32,000 bases of DNA from Moraxella nasicaprae (lineage in GTDB: Bacteria; Pseudomonadota; Gammaproteobacteria; Pseudomonadales; Moraxellaceae): positions 1,410,001 to 1,442,000 of the forward strand of contig NZ_CP089977.1 of assembly GCF_025643275.1 (NCBI RefSeq). Reading direction: 5' to 3'. Each line of letters begins with the position of its first letter. The first letter of the stretch is position 1. The notes below the pieces were generated by a model. It did not search any database and had not been told where the DNA came from. It worked only from the letters and a program-made list of their open reading frames with translations. The position numbers and the translations under genes were made by a program. This document shows positions 1 to 10,284 of the stretch, one piece after another.

Positions 1-266
1 GAGCGATAAACAGTTGGTGGTGCGATATTTTTGCCAGATTTGATGGGGTCATCTTGGCGTTTGACTTGCAAGGCACTGATTAAATCGTACGCACCCATTG
101 GTCTGTCGGCCTCCAAAATCAGCTCAAAAACCTGTTCACGAAGTGGTGTGAAACGCACGCCTCGTTCTAGACAGTGTGCTTTGGCTTCTGCCATACGAGT
201 GGCTGGATTGTGGTCGTGTTCGTGATACACATTGTGATGATGGCAATGATGGGTATGTTGATTCAT
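1..266 (-). CDS. zur: Zinc uptake regulator Zur (Fur family). Only the N-terminal ~88 aa are present because the gene runs off the window edge.
   Basis: Manual reverse-complement translation from the ATG at 266-264 gives MNQHTHHCHHHNVYHEHDHNPATRMAEAKAHCLERGVRFTPLREQVFELILEADRPMGAYDLISALQVKRQDDPIKSGKNIAPPTVYR. This has the Fur-family winged-helix signature (R.TP.R..V...L, PPTVYR). The gene is divergent from znuA. It is absent from the ORF track because it has no stop inside the window. Confidence 0.8.
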   Translation of the reverse strand, partial: MNQHTHHCHHHNVYHEHDHNPATRMAEAKAHCLERGVRFTPLREQVFELILEADRPMGAYDLISALQVKRQDDPIKSGKNIAPPTVYR

Positions 267-300
267 AAGTATGCCCAATTTTGATAAAAAAGATAAAATA

Positions 301-324
301 TATAACAGTAAGTTATATTATAGC
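301..324. promoter_or_regulatory. Candidate Zur operator, made of overlapping AT-rich palindromes, in the zur/znuA divergent intergenic region
   Basis: TATAAC-AGTAA-GTTATA (301-317) is a perfect 6+6 inverted repeat. GTTATA-T-TATAGC (312-324) matches the GTTATA-n-TATAAC core of gamma-proteobacterial Zur boxes with one mismatch. It lies between zur and znuA. Confidence 0.45.
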
Positions 325-427
325 CAAGATGCTCATATTTTTCTATCAATGAAAATTCTCTTTTGCCCATCAATTCGTAGCAAAATTGTAATAAAAAATA
401 GTCATTCTCAAAAACTATCGTTAAATA

Positions 428-463
428 ATACATTGTATCATATTTTATAAATTATGCTATAAT
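428..463 (+). promoter_or_regulatory. Putative znuA promoter (extended -10 TGCTATAAT) with an upstream 11-bp palindrome
   Basis: TGCTATAAT lies at 455-463, about 40 nt upstream of the znuA start region. The palindrome ATACA-T-TGTAT at 428-438 sits over the expected -35 area and could be a second repressor site. Confidence 0.4.
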
Positions 464-492
464 GATTTTTCTTATTTGATTTTTAATATAGT

Positions 493-1350
493 TTGAGGGT
501 GATGACCGTGATTAAAAAATTAGCCATACTTGCATTGGCGGTGGGTGTTTCTTTGATGCAGGTGGCGACAGCGGGCGTGGTTAGCGTCAGTAATTATCCG
601 TTGGCACTATTAAGTAATGCAGTCACCAAAGGTAATCACGATGCCAAAATATTGCTGGAAGCTGGTGATGTTGGGCATCATGGCTCCTTGTCGCCCAGTA
701 AAGTCAAGCTGATTGAAGAGAGTGATTTTGTGGTGTGGTTTGGTCAGGATTTGGAACAAAATTTGGTCAAAACTTTGGCTGACGCACCCAATGATATTGC
801 CTTACTTGACTTTGACGCTTTTCGCCGTTTGCCTCTAAGAAATTTAGATGGAACGGCAAAAGCAGACAGCCAAGATGTGCATTTGTGGCTAGATCCACAA
901 AACGCCAAAGCCATCGTGCGAGCGTTGGCGGTCATTCATGGACATGCCAATCCAGAATATCGTGAGCAATATGCCAATAATGCCCAAGAGTTTGCCAAAC
1001 GACTGGACGAAGTTGTGGCGACTTTTGACCAGCAGCAGTCCTTGCCGTATTGGGCGTATCATGACTCTTTTCAATATATCGAGCAGGCAATCGGGCTAAA
1101 ATTTGCAGGAGCATTAACGCCTGACCATCATCTTGCACCAAAAGCAAGCCAATTTCGCCTTCTTAATGAACATCGTCCAGCCAAACAGATGTGCTTAGCC
1201 TCACAAAATGATGTCTCAGACGGCATAAAAAACAAGCTTGGCAATGTCAAAACCAGCATTCATCAAGAAGACATGAGCGATGGCGAAGAAGATTTTGTGG
1301 CAGCATGGCAGGCGTTGGCAAACAGCCTTGTTGCTTGTGCTAAGCCGTGA
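493..1350 (+). CDS. znuA: Periplasmic zinc-binding protein ZnuA (cluster A-I/TroA-like ABC substrate-binding protein)
   Basis: The N-terminal signal peptide is IKKLAILALAVGVSLMQVATA. The three metal-ligand His contexts typical of ZnuA are present: GHHGSLSPS, DVHLWLDP and YHDSFQY. The gene is divergent from zur. The true start is probably ATG 502 or GTG 508, since a GAGGG Shine-Dalgarno lies at 495-499; 493 is the longest ORF (TTG). Confidence 0.8.
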   Translation: MRVMTVIKKLAILALAVGVSLMQVATAGVVSVSNYPLALLSNAVTKGNHDAKILLEAGDVGHHGSLSPSKVKLIEESDFVVWFGQDLEQNLVKTLADAPNDIALLDFDAFRRLPLRNLDGTAKADSQDVHLWLDPQNAKAIVRALAVIHGHANPEYREQYANNAQEFAKRLDEVVATFDQQQSLPYWAYHDSFQYIEQAIGLKFAGALTPDHHLAPKASQFRLLNEHRPAKQMCLASQNDVSDGIKNKLGNVKTSIHQEDMSDGEEDFVAAWQALANSLVACAKP

Positions 1351-1366
1351 TTCTCATCGCAAATGA

Positions 1367-1395
1367 TTGCTCAGGCTGGCATAAAATGCTAGAAT
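1367..1395 (+). promoter_or_regulatory. Putative sigma70 promoter upstream of atpI
   Basis: TTGCTC (1367-1372), a 17-nt spacer, then TAGAAT (1390-1395), with TG at 1387-1388 (extended -10). It lies about 35 nt upstream of the atpI ATG. Confidence 0.5.
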
Positions 1396-1428
1396 CTGCC
1401 CAATTTTTTTATCATCAAAAATACAACA

Positions 1429-1836
1429 ATGAGACCTGCTAAGCCCAATCAAAAGCACTTAGTCCAACAAGCCCAAAAGCAGCAACGATGGCTGGCCTTG
1501 GGCGTGCTGGCGGTCGTGTTTGTGCTGGACATCATCTGGTGGCATGAAGAGCGTGGTTTGGTCACCAAAGGCATGGCGTTGGGCATGGGATTGGCTTATT
1601 TGGCTCATCATATTTTTACTTGGTTCGCTTATAAAGATACCAGTATCAGACATCGTGAGCAGATTGTTCATAATTTATATTTAGGACAGATGCTAAAATG
1701 GGCGGTGTCTTTGCTGGGTTTTGCGGTTATTTTTTGGCAGTTTCGCACTGATGCTGTTTGGGCGGTCATCGTTGGCTATTTTGTCATGCAATTACTACAA
1801 GCAATGGCATTTTTATTGGTCAAAAATAAAATTTAA
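1429..1836 (+). CDS. atpI: ATP synthase protein I (AtpI), small integral membrane protein
   Basis: It is 135 aa with several hydrophobic helices. It occupies the first position of the atp operon, and its C-terminus (...LLQAMAFLLVKNKI) resembles the E. coli AtpI C-terminus (...ILAPAVINNKG). Confidence 0.75.
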   Translation: MRPAKPNQKHLVQQAQKQQRWLALGVLAVVFVLDIIWWHEERGLVTKGMALGMGLAYLAHHIFTWFAYKDTSIRHREQIVHNLYLGQMLKWAVSLLGFAVIFWQFRTDAVWAVIVGYFVMQLLQAMAFLLVKNKI

Positions 1837-1957
1837 TCAATACCAATGATTGAAAAAGTTCATCAATGATTTATGGCAATTTGCATGATAAATCGCCAAT
1901 TTATGAAAAAATATCATCAATTTAAGAAATCTTAGTTATAAATTTTGCTTTTTTCTC

Positions 1958-1986
1958 TTTACATATAGCCAACATTACAGTAAGAT
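1958..1986 (+). promoter_or_regulatory. Putative strong internal promoter in the atpI-atpB spacer
   Basis: TTTACA (1958-1963), an exactly 17-nt spacer, then TAAGAT (1981-1986), preceded by an AT-rich UP-like tract. It lies about 235 nt upstream of the atpB ATG. Confidence 0.45.
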
Positions 1987-2206
1987 ATTGCTAGTTACAA
2001 ATGCAATTTATTGTTACGAATTTCACCGAACAAAAATCGTGAAAGCGATTGATTGTATCAATTTTTTAAGTATCGAATTTGTCATGATGAGTGTTAGGAC
2101 AAGGGAAGTACGATTGAGAAACTCAATCAGTGTAATAATGGATTGAAGTGCTAGATAGTAACTCTTTTGAATTGGTTGCGACCAATTTTTCTTTTGTTTG
2201 AGTTAA

Positions 2207-3091
<885 letters not shown>

Positions 3092-3130
3092 TTGAACACT
3101 TTTTAACAACTCTTGATTTATAGGTCATAA

Positions 3131-3385
<255 letters not shown>

Positions 3386-3409
3386 GCTGAAACTGTCAGT
3401 TTACACGAA

Positions 3410-3443
3410 CCATCTTTGTGGTTTAATCAAGTCACAAAGATGG
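3410..3443 (+). promoter_or_regulatory. Intercistronic RNA stem-loop 3' of atpE (11-bp perfect stem, no U-tract)
   Basis: CCATCTTTGTG (3410-3420) and CACAAAGATGG (3433-3443) are perfect reverse complements separated by a 12-nt loop. The stem is followed by ATTATCACC, so it is not an intrinsic terminator. Confidence 0.6.
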
Positions 3444-3480
3444 ATTATCACCTGACTTTCACTAACAACGAGGTGATTGG

Positions 3481-3948
3481 ATGATCAATCTAACCATTAT
3501 CGGTCAGTTGATTGCGTTTGCGATTTTTGTGCTATTTTGCATGAAATTCGTATGGCCGCCACTGATCGGCGCGATTAATGAGCGTCAACGCAAAATTGAA
3601 GAAGGCTTAAATGCCGCCGAAAAAGCCAAAGCAGATTTGGCTTCTGCTGAAAAGCAAGTTGAACAAGAATTTGCTGCAGCAAAAACAGAAGCAGCTTCCA
3701 TCATTGAGCGTGCAAACAAAACCGCCAATCAGATGATTGAAGATGCAAAAGCTCAAGCACGCCTTGAAGGCGAGCGTATCATTGCCCAAGCCAAATCGAC
3801 TGTTGAGCAAGAAGTTGCCCAATCTCGTGAAGAGCTTAGAAAGCAAGTCGCTCAATTGGCTGTTTTGGGTGCAGAAAAGATTTTGCAAGACAAAGTCAAT
3901 GAACAAGAACACGCCAGCATGCTTGACCAGTTGGCGGCTAAGCTGTAA
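3481..3948 (+). CDS. atpF: F0F1 ATP synthase subunit b
   Basis: 155 aa with a single N-terminal TM helix followed by a long Ala/Glu/Lys/Gln-rich coiled coil. A GAGGTG Shine-Dalgarno is present and the operon position fits. Confidence 0.9.
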   Translation: MINLTIIGQLIAFAIFVLFCMKFVWPPLIGAINERQRKIEEGLNAAEKAKADLASAEKQVEQEFAAAKTEAASIIERANKTANQMIEDAKAQARLEGERIIAQAKSTVEQEVAQSREELRKQVAQLAVLGAEKILQDKVNEQEHASMLDQLAAKL

Positions 3949-3960
3949 TTAGAGGATATC

Positions 3961-4509
3961 ATGGCTGAACTATCTACCTTAGCAAGACCATATGCCAAAG
4001 CAGCATTTGACTATGCTAAAGAGCAAAATGCAATCAACGAATGGGAGTCTTTCTTGTCGATTGCAAGTAGCATTGTACGCGATGAATCTTTTGCTTCATT
4101 GTTAAGCAATCCAGCCATTTCTGCAGGTCAAAAGGCAGATGTGTTATTAGATGCCTTTGGGAAATTATCAGCAGAGCAAGCTACTCAGGCGTTAGGTAAT
4201 TTTACCAAACAGCTATCTGAACATGACCGTTTGGCATTGATGCCAGAAATTCATGCTCATTATAGTAAGCTAAAATCACAAGAGCTAAAACAGGTTGACG
4301 CTTATGTTACTTCGGCCTATCCGCTAACAGAAGCCCAGCGAAAAACCCTGCAAGAGAAACTTGCAATTTCAACAGGCTCTATCGTCATTTTACACGAAGC
4401 TGTTGATGCAAGTCTTGTCGGTGGGGCAACCATTAAGGTTGGCGATAAGTTTACCGATGGCTCGGTGCGTGGCAAGTTAAAACAATTAAAAACTCAGCTT
4501 ACCGCTTAA
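3961..4509 (+). CDS. atpH: F0F1 ATP synthase subunit delta
   Basis: 182 aa with an OSCP/delta-like N-terminus ([13 protein letters not shown]) and C-terminus ([20 protein letters not shown]). The operon position fits. Confidence 0.9.
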   Translation: MAELSTLARPYAKAAFDYAKEQNAINEWESFLSIASSIVRDESFASLLSNPAISAGQKADVLLDAFGKLSAEQATQALGNFTKQLSEHDRLALMPEIHAHYSKLKSQELKQVDAYVTSAYPLTEAQRKTLQEKLAISTGSIVILHEAVDASLVGGATIKVGDKFTDGSVRGKLKQLKTQLTA

Positions 4510-4544
4510 AGTGGTAAGTTGTTGAAATTAAAGGAAACAAGGCA

Positions 4545-6089
4545 ATGCAACAATTGAATCCAGCCGAAATCAGCAATCTGATTAAGCAGCGTATTCAAGA
4601 CCTTGACGTAGGCGCAACTGCAAAAACTGAAGGCGTTATCGTCAGTGTGTCTGATGGTATTGTACAAATTCATGGCTTAGAAGAAGCTATGTACGGCGAA
4701 ATGATTGAGTTTGAAGGCAATGTTTATGGCATGGCTCTAAACCTTGAACAAGACTCTGTTGGTGCTGTTGTACTAGGCGACTATTTGAGCCTTCAAGAAG
4801 GTCAAAAAGCATATTGCACAGGTCGTATCTTGGAAGTTCCAGTAGGTCCTGAGCTATTAGGTCGTGTTGTTGATGCGTTGGGTAACCCAATTGACGGCAA
4901 AGGCCCAATCAATGCAAAACTTACCGATAAAGTTGAAAAAATCGCTCCGGGCGTTATTGCTCGTCAATCAGTTGATGAGCCTGTCATGACTGGTTATAAA
5001 GCGGTTGACACCATGATTCCTATCGGTCGTGGTCAGCGTGAGCTTATCATTGGTGACCGCCAAACTGGTAAAACAGCATTGGCAATCGACGCCATCATCG
5101 CTCAAAAAGATTCTGGCATCAAATGTATCTATGTTGCTGTCGGTCAAAAGCGTTCTACCATTGCTAATGTCGTACGCAAACTAGAAGAAACTGGTGCGTT
5201 GGCATACACCACTGTTGTTGTTGCATCTGCTTCTGAACCAGCAGCATTGCAATACATCGCGCCGTATTCTGGCTGTACAATGGGCGAATACTTCCGTGAT
5301 CGTGGCGAAGATGCTTTGATTGTTTATGATGATTTGTCTAAGCAAGCTGTTGCTTATCGTCAAATCTCTTTGCTACTACGCCGTCCACCAGGGCGTGAAG
5401 CGTATCCAGGCGATGTATTCTATCTACATTCACGCCTATTGGAGCGTGCTAGCCGTGTCAATGCCGACTATGTGGAAGCTTTCACCAATGGTGAAGTTAA
5501 AGGTAAAACAGGTTCATTGACTGCATTGCCTATCATTGAAACACAAGCAGGTGACGTTTCTGCATTCGTACCAACTAACGTGATTTCTATTACTGATGGT
5601 CAGATTTTCTTAGAATCAAATCTATTTAACTCAGGTATCCGTCCTGCGGTAAACGCTGGTATCTCGGTATCTCGTGTTGGTGGTGCAGCCCAAACTAAGA
5701 TTATCAAAAAACTATCAGGCGGTATCCGTACTGCATTGGCACAGTATCGTGAGCTTGCAGCATTCGCTCAGTTTGCTTCTGACCTAGATGACGCTACCAA
5801 GCAACAACTAGAACACGGTGTTCGTGTTACTGAATTGATGAAGCAAAAACAATACGCACCAATGTCTATTGCTGATCAAGCTGCGGTAATTTATGCTTCT
5901 AACGAAGGTTACTTGGCAGATGTACCAGTTGAGAAGATTGGTGCATTTGAAGAGAGCTTCTTGCGTTATCTGCGTAGCGAGCACGCTGCCTTGATGACAG
6001 AAATTGATGAGACTGCCAACTATAATGACGATATCGAAGGTCGTCTAAAAGCAGCAGTTGAATCATTTAAGGCTACTCACAGCTTCTAA
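4545..6089 (+). CDS. atpA: F0F1 ATP synthase subunit alpha
   Basis: 514 aa with Walker A GDRQTGKT and the conserved blocks [56 protein letters not shown]. Confidence 0.97.
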   Translation: MQQLNPAEISNLIKQRIQDLDVGATAKTEGVIVSVSDGIVQIHGLEEAMYGEMIEFEGNVYGMALNLEQDSVGAVVLGDYLSLQEGQKAYCTGRILEVPVGPELLGRVVDALGNPIDGKGPINAKLTDKVEKIAPGVIARQSVDEPVMTGYKAVDTMIPIGRGQRELIIGDRQTGKTALAIDAIIAQKDSGIKCIYVAVGQKRSTIANVVRKLEETGALAYTTVVVASASEPAALQYIAPYSGCTMGEYFRDRGEDALIVYDDLSKQAVAYRQISLLLRRPPGREAYPGDVFYLHSRLLERASRVNADYVEAFTNGEVKGKTGSLTALPIIETQAGDVSAFVPTNVISITDGQIFLESNLFNSGIRPAVNAGISVSRVGGAAQTKIIKKLSGGIRTALAQYRELAAFAQFASDLDDATKQQLEHGVRVTELMKQKQYAPMSIADQAAVIYASNEGYLADVPVEKIGAFEESFLRYLRSEHAALMTEIDETANYNDDIEGRLKAAVESFKATHSF

Positions 6090-6104
6090 GCTGTTTATGA
6101 GCAA

Positions 6105-6148
6105 GGTTTATGGTGTGTTAAACATCAGTTGTTAACGCACCATAAACC
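6105..6148 (+). promoter_or_regulatory. Large intercistronic stem-loop 3' of atpA (17-bp arms, one G-U pair, no U-tract)
   Basis: GGTTTATGGTGTGTTAA (6105-6121) pairs with TTAACGCACCATAAACC (6132-6148). There is a single T/G (wobble) position and a 10-nt loop. CATTTAAAG follows the stem. Confidence 0.6.
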
Positions 6149-6181
6149 CATTTAAAGAATAAGTCCAGTATTGGAATAATT

Positions 6182-7054
6182 ATGGCAAGCTTAAAAGAAA
6201 TACGTGCAAAAGTAACCAGCATCAAAAGTACGCAAAAAATCACGCGTGCAATGCAAATGGTGGCTGCCAGTAAAATGCGTCGTGCACAGGAGCGAATGGA
6301 ATCTGGTCGTCCCTATGCTGATGGAATGCGTCGAGTTATCTCGCATTTGGTGCAGGCACAATCAGACTATAAGCACCCATATATGGTAAGCCGCCCTGTA
6401 AATCGTGTTGGTTTTGTGGTGGTAACATCTGATCGTGGTTTGGCAGGCGGTTTGAACATCAACCTGTTCAAAAACTTACTGAAAAAAGTAAAAAGCTACC
6501 AAGAGCAATCGGTAGAAGTTGAATTTGCTGTCATCGGTGCAAAAGGTGTTAGTTTTTTCAGAAACTTTGGTGGCAAAGTAACTTGTGTTGTGACAGATTA
6601 TGGCGATAATCCATCGCTTGAACAAATTAGTACACCTGTGCAAACCATGCTAAATGATTACACAAATGGTCATTTGGATCGCATTTACTTGGTGTATAAC
6701 CAATTCATCAATGCAATGGCACAAAAACCAGTGGTTGAACAAATTGTACCATTGGCAGAGGGTGAGTTTGATGAAGAAATGCAAGTGTCGCATAGCTGGG
6801 ATTATATCTACGAGCCTGACACCAAGACTTTGATTGACAGTCTGCTGTTGCGTTATATTGAATCCATCGTCTATCAGTCGGTTAGAGAAAATATTGCCTC
6901 TGAGCAATCTGCTCGTATGGTGGCAATGAAAGCCGCCACAGATAATGCTGGTAATTTAATTAAAGATTTACAGTTGGTTTATAACAAGTTGCGTCAAGCA
7001 GCGATTACCCGAGAGATTTCGGAAATTGTTGGCGGTGCTGCAGCTGTTTCATGA
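6182..7054 (+). CDS. atpG: F0F1 ATP synthase subunit gamma
   Basis: 290 aa. The N-terminus is [36 protein letters not shown] and the C-terminus is [22 protein letters not shown], both gamma-subunit hallmarks. Confidence 0.95.
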   Translation: MASLKEIRAKVTSIKSTQKITRAMQMVAASKMRRAQERMESGRPYADGMRRVISHLVQAQSDYKHPYMVSRPVNRVGFVVVTSDRGLAGGLNINLFKNLLKKVKSYQEQSVEVEFAVIGAKGVSFFRNFGGKVTCVVTDYGDNPSLEQISTPVQTMLNDYTNGHLDRIYLVYNQFINAMAQKPVVEQIVPLAEGEFDEEMQVSHSWDYIYEPDTKTLIDSLLLRYIESIVYQSVRENIASEQSARMVAMKAATDNAGNLIKDLQLVYNKLRQAAITREISEIVGGAAAVS

Positions 7055-7108
7055 TCAAATCAGACATTGTGTCTCATGTGAATTTTTAAACATGGTAAGG
7101 AATAAATA

Positions 7109-7501
7109 ATGAAAACAATGACTCGCTCTTTGGCGATGGCTGGCTTAGTTGCTGTATTGGCGACTGGCTGTGCTACTTCTGGCAATGTTGCTATCAAAGA
7201 TCAGACGCAGCAGAGCATTGATTCTGTGATTGTAAAATCAAAAACCACCAAACAAGAAGTTTTAAACAGATTTGGTGCTGCCGACTCTGTTTCATTTACT
7301 GATAGTGGTAATGAAATTTGGACATATCGTCATTCTAGATCAAAGCCAATGGCGAGAAATTTTATCCCTTATAATGTTTTTTCTTTGGGAGATAATGTCA
7401 AAACCAAAGAGCTGGTTATTTTGTTTAACGCCAACGGGGTGGTTTCTAATTACACATTTAGAGAGACCGACAATCAAGCTAAGTTTGGCATTGCCCAATA
7501 A
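7109..7501 (+). CDS. Small lipoprotein, BamE/OmlA (SmpA_OmlA)-like, embedded in the atp operon
   Basis: 130 aa. The signal peptide ends in the lipobox L-A-T-G-C (Cys21), and an AAGGA Shine-Dalgarno lies 7-8 nt upstream. The mature part has BamE-like motifs (TKQEVLNRFGAADSV, EIWTY, VILFNANGVV). It lies 54 nt after the atpG stop and 21 nt before the atpD ATG, on the same strand. Confidence 0.7.
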   Translation: MKTMTRSLAMAGLVAVLATGCATSGNVAIKDQTQQSIDSVIVKSKTTKQEVLNRFGAADSVSFTDSGNEIWTYRHSRSKPMARNFIPYNVFSLGDNVKTKELVILFNANGVVSNYTFRETDNQAKFGIAQ

Positions 7502-8947
<1,446 letters not shown>

Positions 8948-8962
8948 GCATTCATTAACCTG

Positions 8963-8987
8963 TTCTGATGGCATAGGGTCATCAGAA
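8963..8987 (+). promoter_or_regulatory. Intercistronic stem-loop 3' of atpD (8-bp stem, no U-tract)
   Basis: TTCTGATG (8963-8970) pairs with CATCAGAA (8980-8987) across a 9-nt loop. TGGGTTTGATATT follows the stem. Confidence 0.5.
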
Positions 8988-9031
8988 TGGGTTTGATATT
9001 GATTATTTCCTATCATTTTGGGAGTAAAAAT

Positions 9032-9451
9032 ATGGCTACTTTTAAATGCCGAGTAGTAAGTGCTCGTGAAGAGCTATACGCTGGCGATATTAGTATGCTA
9101 ATCGCCACAGGTCATAATGGCGAGATTGGTGTGTTGGCTGGTCATACACCGCTAATTACCTTGCTAAAACCAGGTGCGATGCGTCTAAAATCTGCTGATG
9201 GTACCAGCGAGGAAGTGATTTATGTGTCTGGCGGTGTGCTTGAAGTACAGCCACATGTAGTCACTGTCTTGGCGGATAGTGCCGAACGAGCTGGCGATTT
9301 GGACGAAGTAAAAATTGCAGAAGCTCGTCGTGCAGCAGAACAAATGTTAAGCAACCAAAGCAATACTTTGCAAACAAATGCAGCATTGGCAGCATTGGCG
9401 GAATCTGTGGCACAGCTACAAACAATCCAAAAATACAAAAACCGTGCTTAA
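9032..9451 (+). CDS. atpC: F0F1 ATP synthase subunit epsilon
   Basis: MATFKCRVVSAREELYAGD...GVLAGHTPLITLLKPG...VSGGVLEVQP is the epsilon beta-sandwich followed by a helical C-terminus. A GGGAG Shine-Dalgarno lies at 9020-9024, and the upstream ORF extension to 8987 is unlikely. Confidence 0.92.
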   Translation: MATFKCRVVSAREELYAGDISMLIATGHNGEIGVLAGHTPLITLLKPGAMRLKSADGTSEEVIYVSGGVLEVQPHVVTVLADSAERAGDLDEVKIAEARRAAEQMLSNQSNTLQTNAALAALAESVAQLQTIQKYKNRA

Positions 9452-9498
9452 AAGATTGTCTGTCGTCATATGAATGATGATGTTTTTGAGGATAAAAG

Positions 9499-10218
9499 AT
9501 GACTGCAACGCCTGAAAAAGAAGGTATGCCAAGAATCCTGATCGTGGAAGACGATGAAAGATTGGCAACATTGACACAGGATTACCTAAGACGCAATGAC
9601 TTAGATGTGGCATTGGAAACTGATGGAACTCGTGCGATTCGCCGCATCATCAGTGAACAACCAGATTTGGTCATCTTGGATGTCATGTTGCCAGGCAGTG
9701 ATGGCTTGACAGTATGTCGTGAAGTCCGTCCACATTATCAACAGCCGATTTTGATGCTGACTGCTCGCACAGACGATATGGACCAAGTTTTAGGTCTAGA
9801 AATGGGTGCTGATGACTATGTGGCAAAACCAGTTCAGCCACGAGTTTTATTGGCTCGTATTCGTGCGTTGTTGCGTCGCTCAGATTCTGCACCTACTGAC
9901 GAATCACCACAGCGTTTGGAATTTGGCGATTTAGTCATTGATAATGGCGGTCGTTCTGTCACCTTAAATGACGAGTTGGTTGATTTTACCAGTGCAGAAT
10001 ATGACTTGCTGTGGTTACTTGCATCAAATTCTGGTCGCATTTTGTCTCGTGAAGATATTTTTGAGCGTCTGCGTGGCATTGAGTACGATGGTCAGGATCG
10101 TTCGATTGATGTGCGAATTTCTCGTATTCGCCCAAAAATTGGCGATGACCCAGAGAATCCTAAGCGTATCAAAACGGTTCGTAGCAAGGGCTATTTATTT
10201 GTCAAAGAAGGCAACTAA
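9499..10218 (+). CDS. bfmR: OmpR/PhoB-family response regulator, BfmR/RstA-like
   Basis: A receiver domain (ILIVEDDE...DLVILDVMLPG.DGL...ILMLTAR) is followed by a winged-helix domain (LTSAEYDLLWLLASN.GRILSREDI...IDVRISRIRPKIGDDPENPKRIKTVRSKGYLF). As I remember it, this is very close to Acinetobacter BfmR. A GAGGA Shine-Dalgarno is present. Confidence 0.8.
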   Translation: MTATPEKEGMPRILIVEDDERLATLTQDYLRRNDLDVALETDGTRAIRRIISEQPDLVILDVMLPGSDGLTVCREVRPHYQQPILMLTARTDDMDQVLGLEMGADDYVAKPVQPRVLLARIRALLRRSDSAPTDESPQRLEFGDLVIDNGGRSVTLNDELVDFTSAEYDLLWLLASNSGRILSREDIFERLRGIEYDGQDRSIDVRISRIRPKIGDDPENPKRIKTVRSKGYLFVKEGN

Positions 10219-10284
10219 TGATGTCCAAAAACATAAAAGCTGGCTTGATGGCTGGCTTTTATCATTTGTAATAGATGTAAGATT

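Noticed and set aside
31-225. 64-aa plus-strand ORF at the left edge
   Set aside because: It lies entirely antisense to the clearly recognisable zur coding sequence and has an Arg/Ser/Cys-rich, low-complexity translation typical of a wrong frame.
10239-10258. 8-bp direct repeat GCTGGCTT x2, with starts 12 bp apart, in the bfmR-bfmS spacer. I considered it as a possible OmpR-family binding site.
   Set aside because: It is too short to distinguish from chance. I do not know a matching consensus for this regulator, and the location between the regulator and kinase genes is not a typical autoregulatory site.
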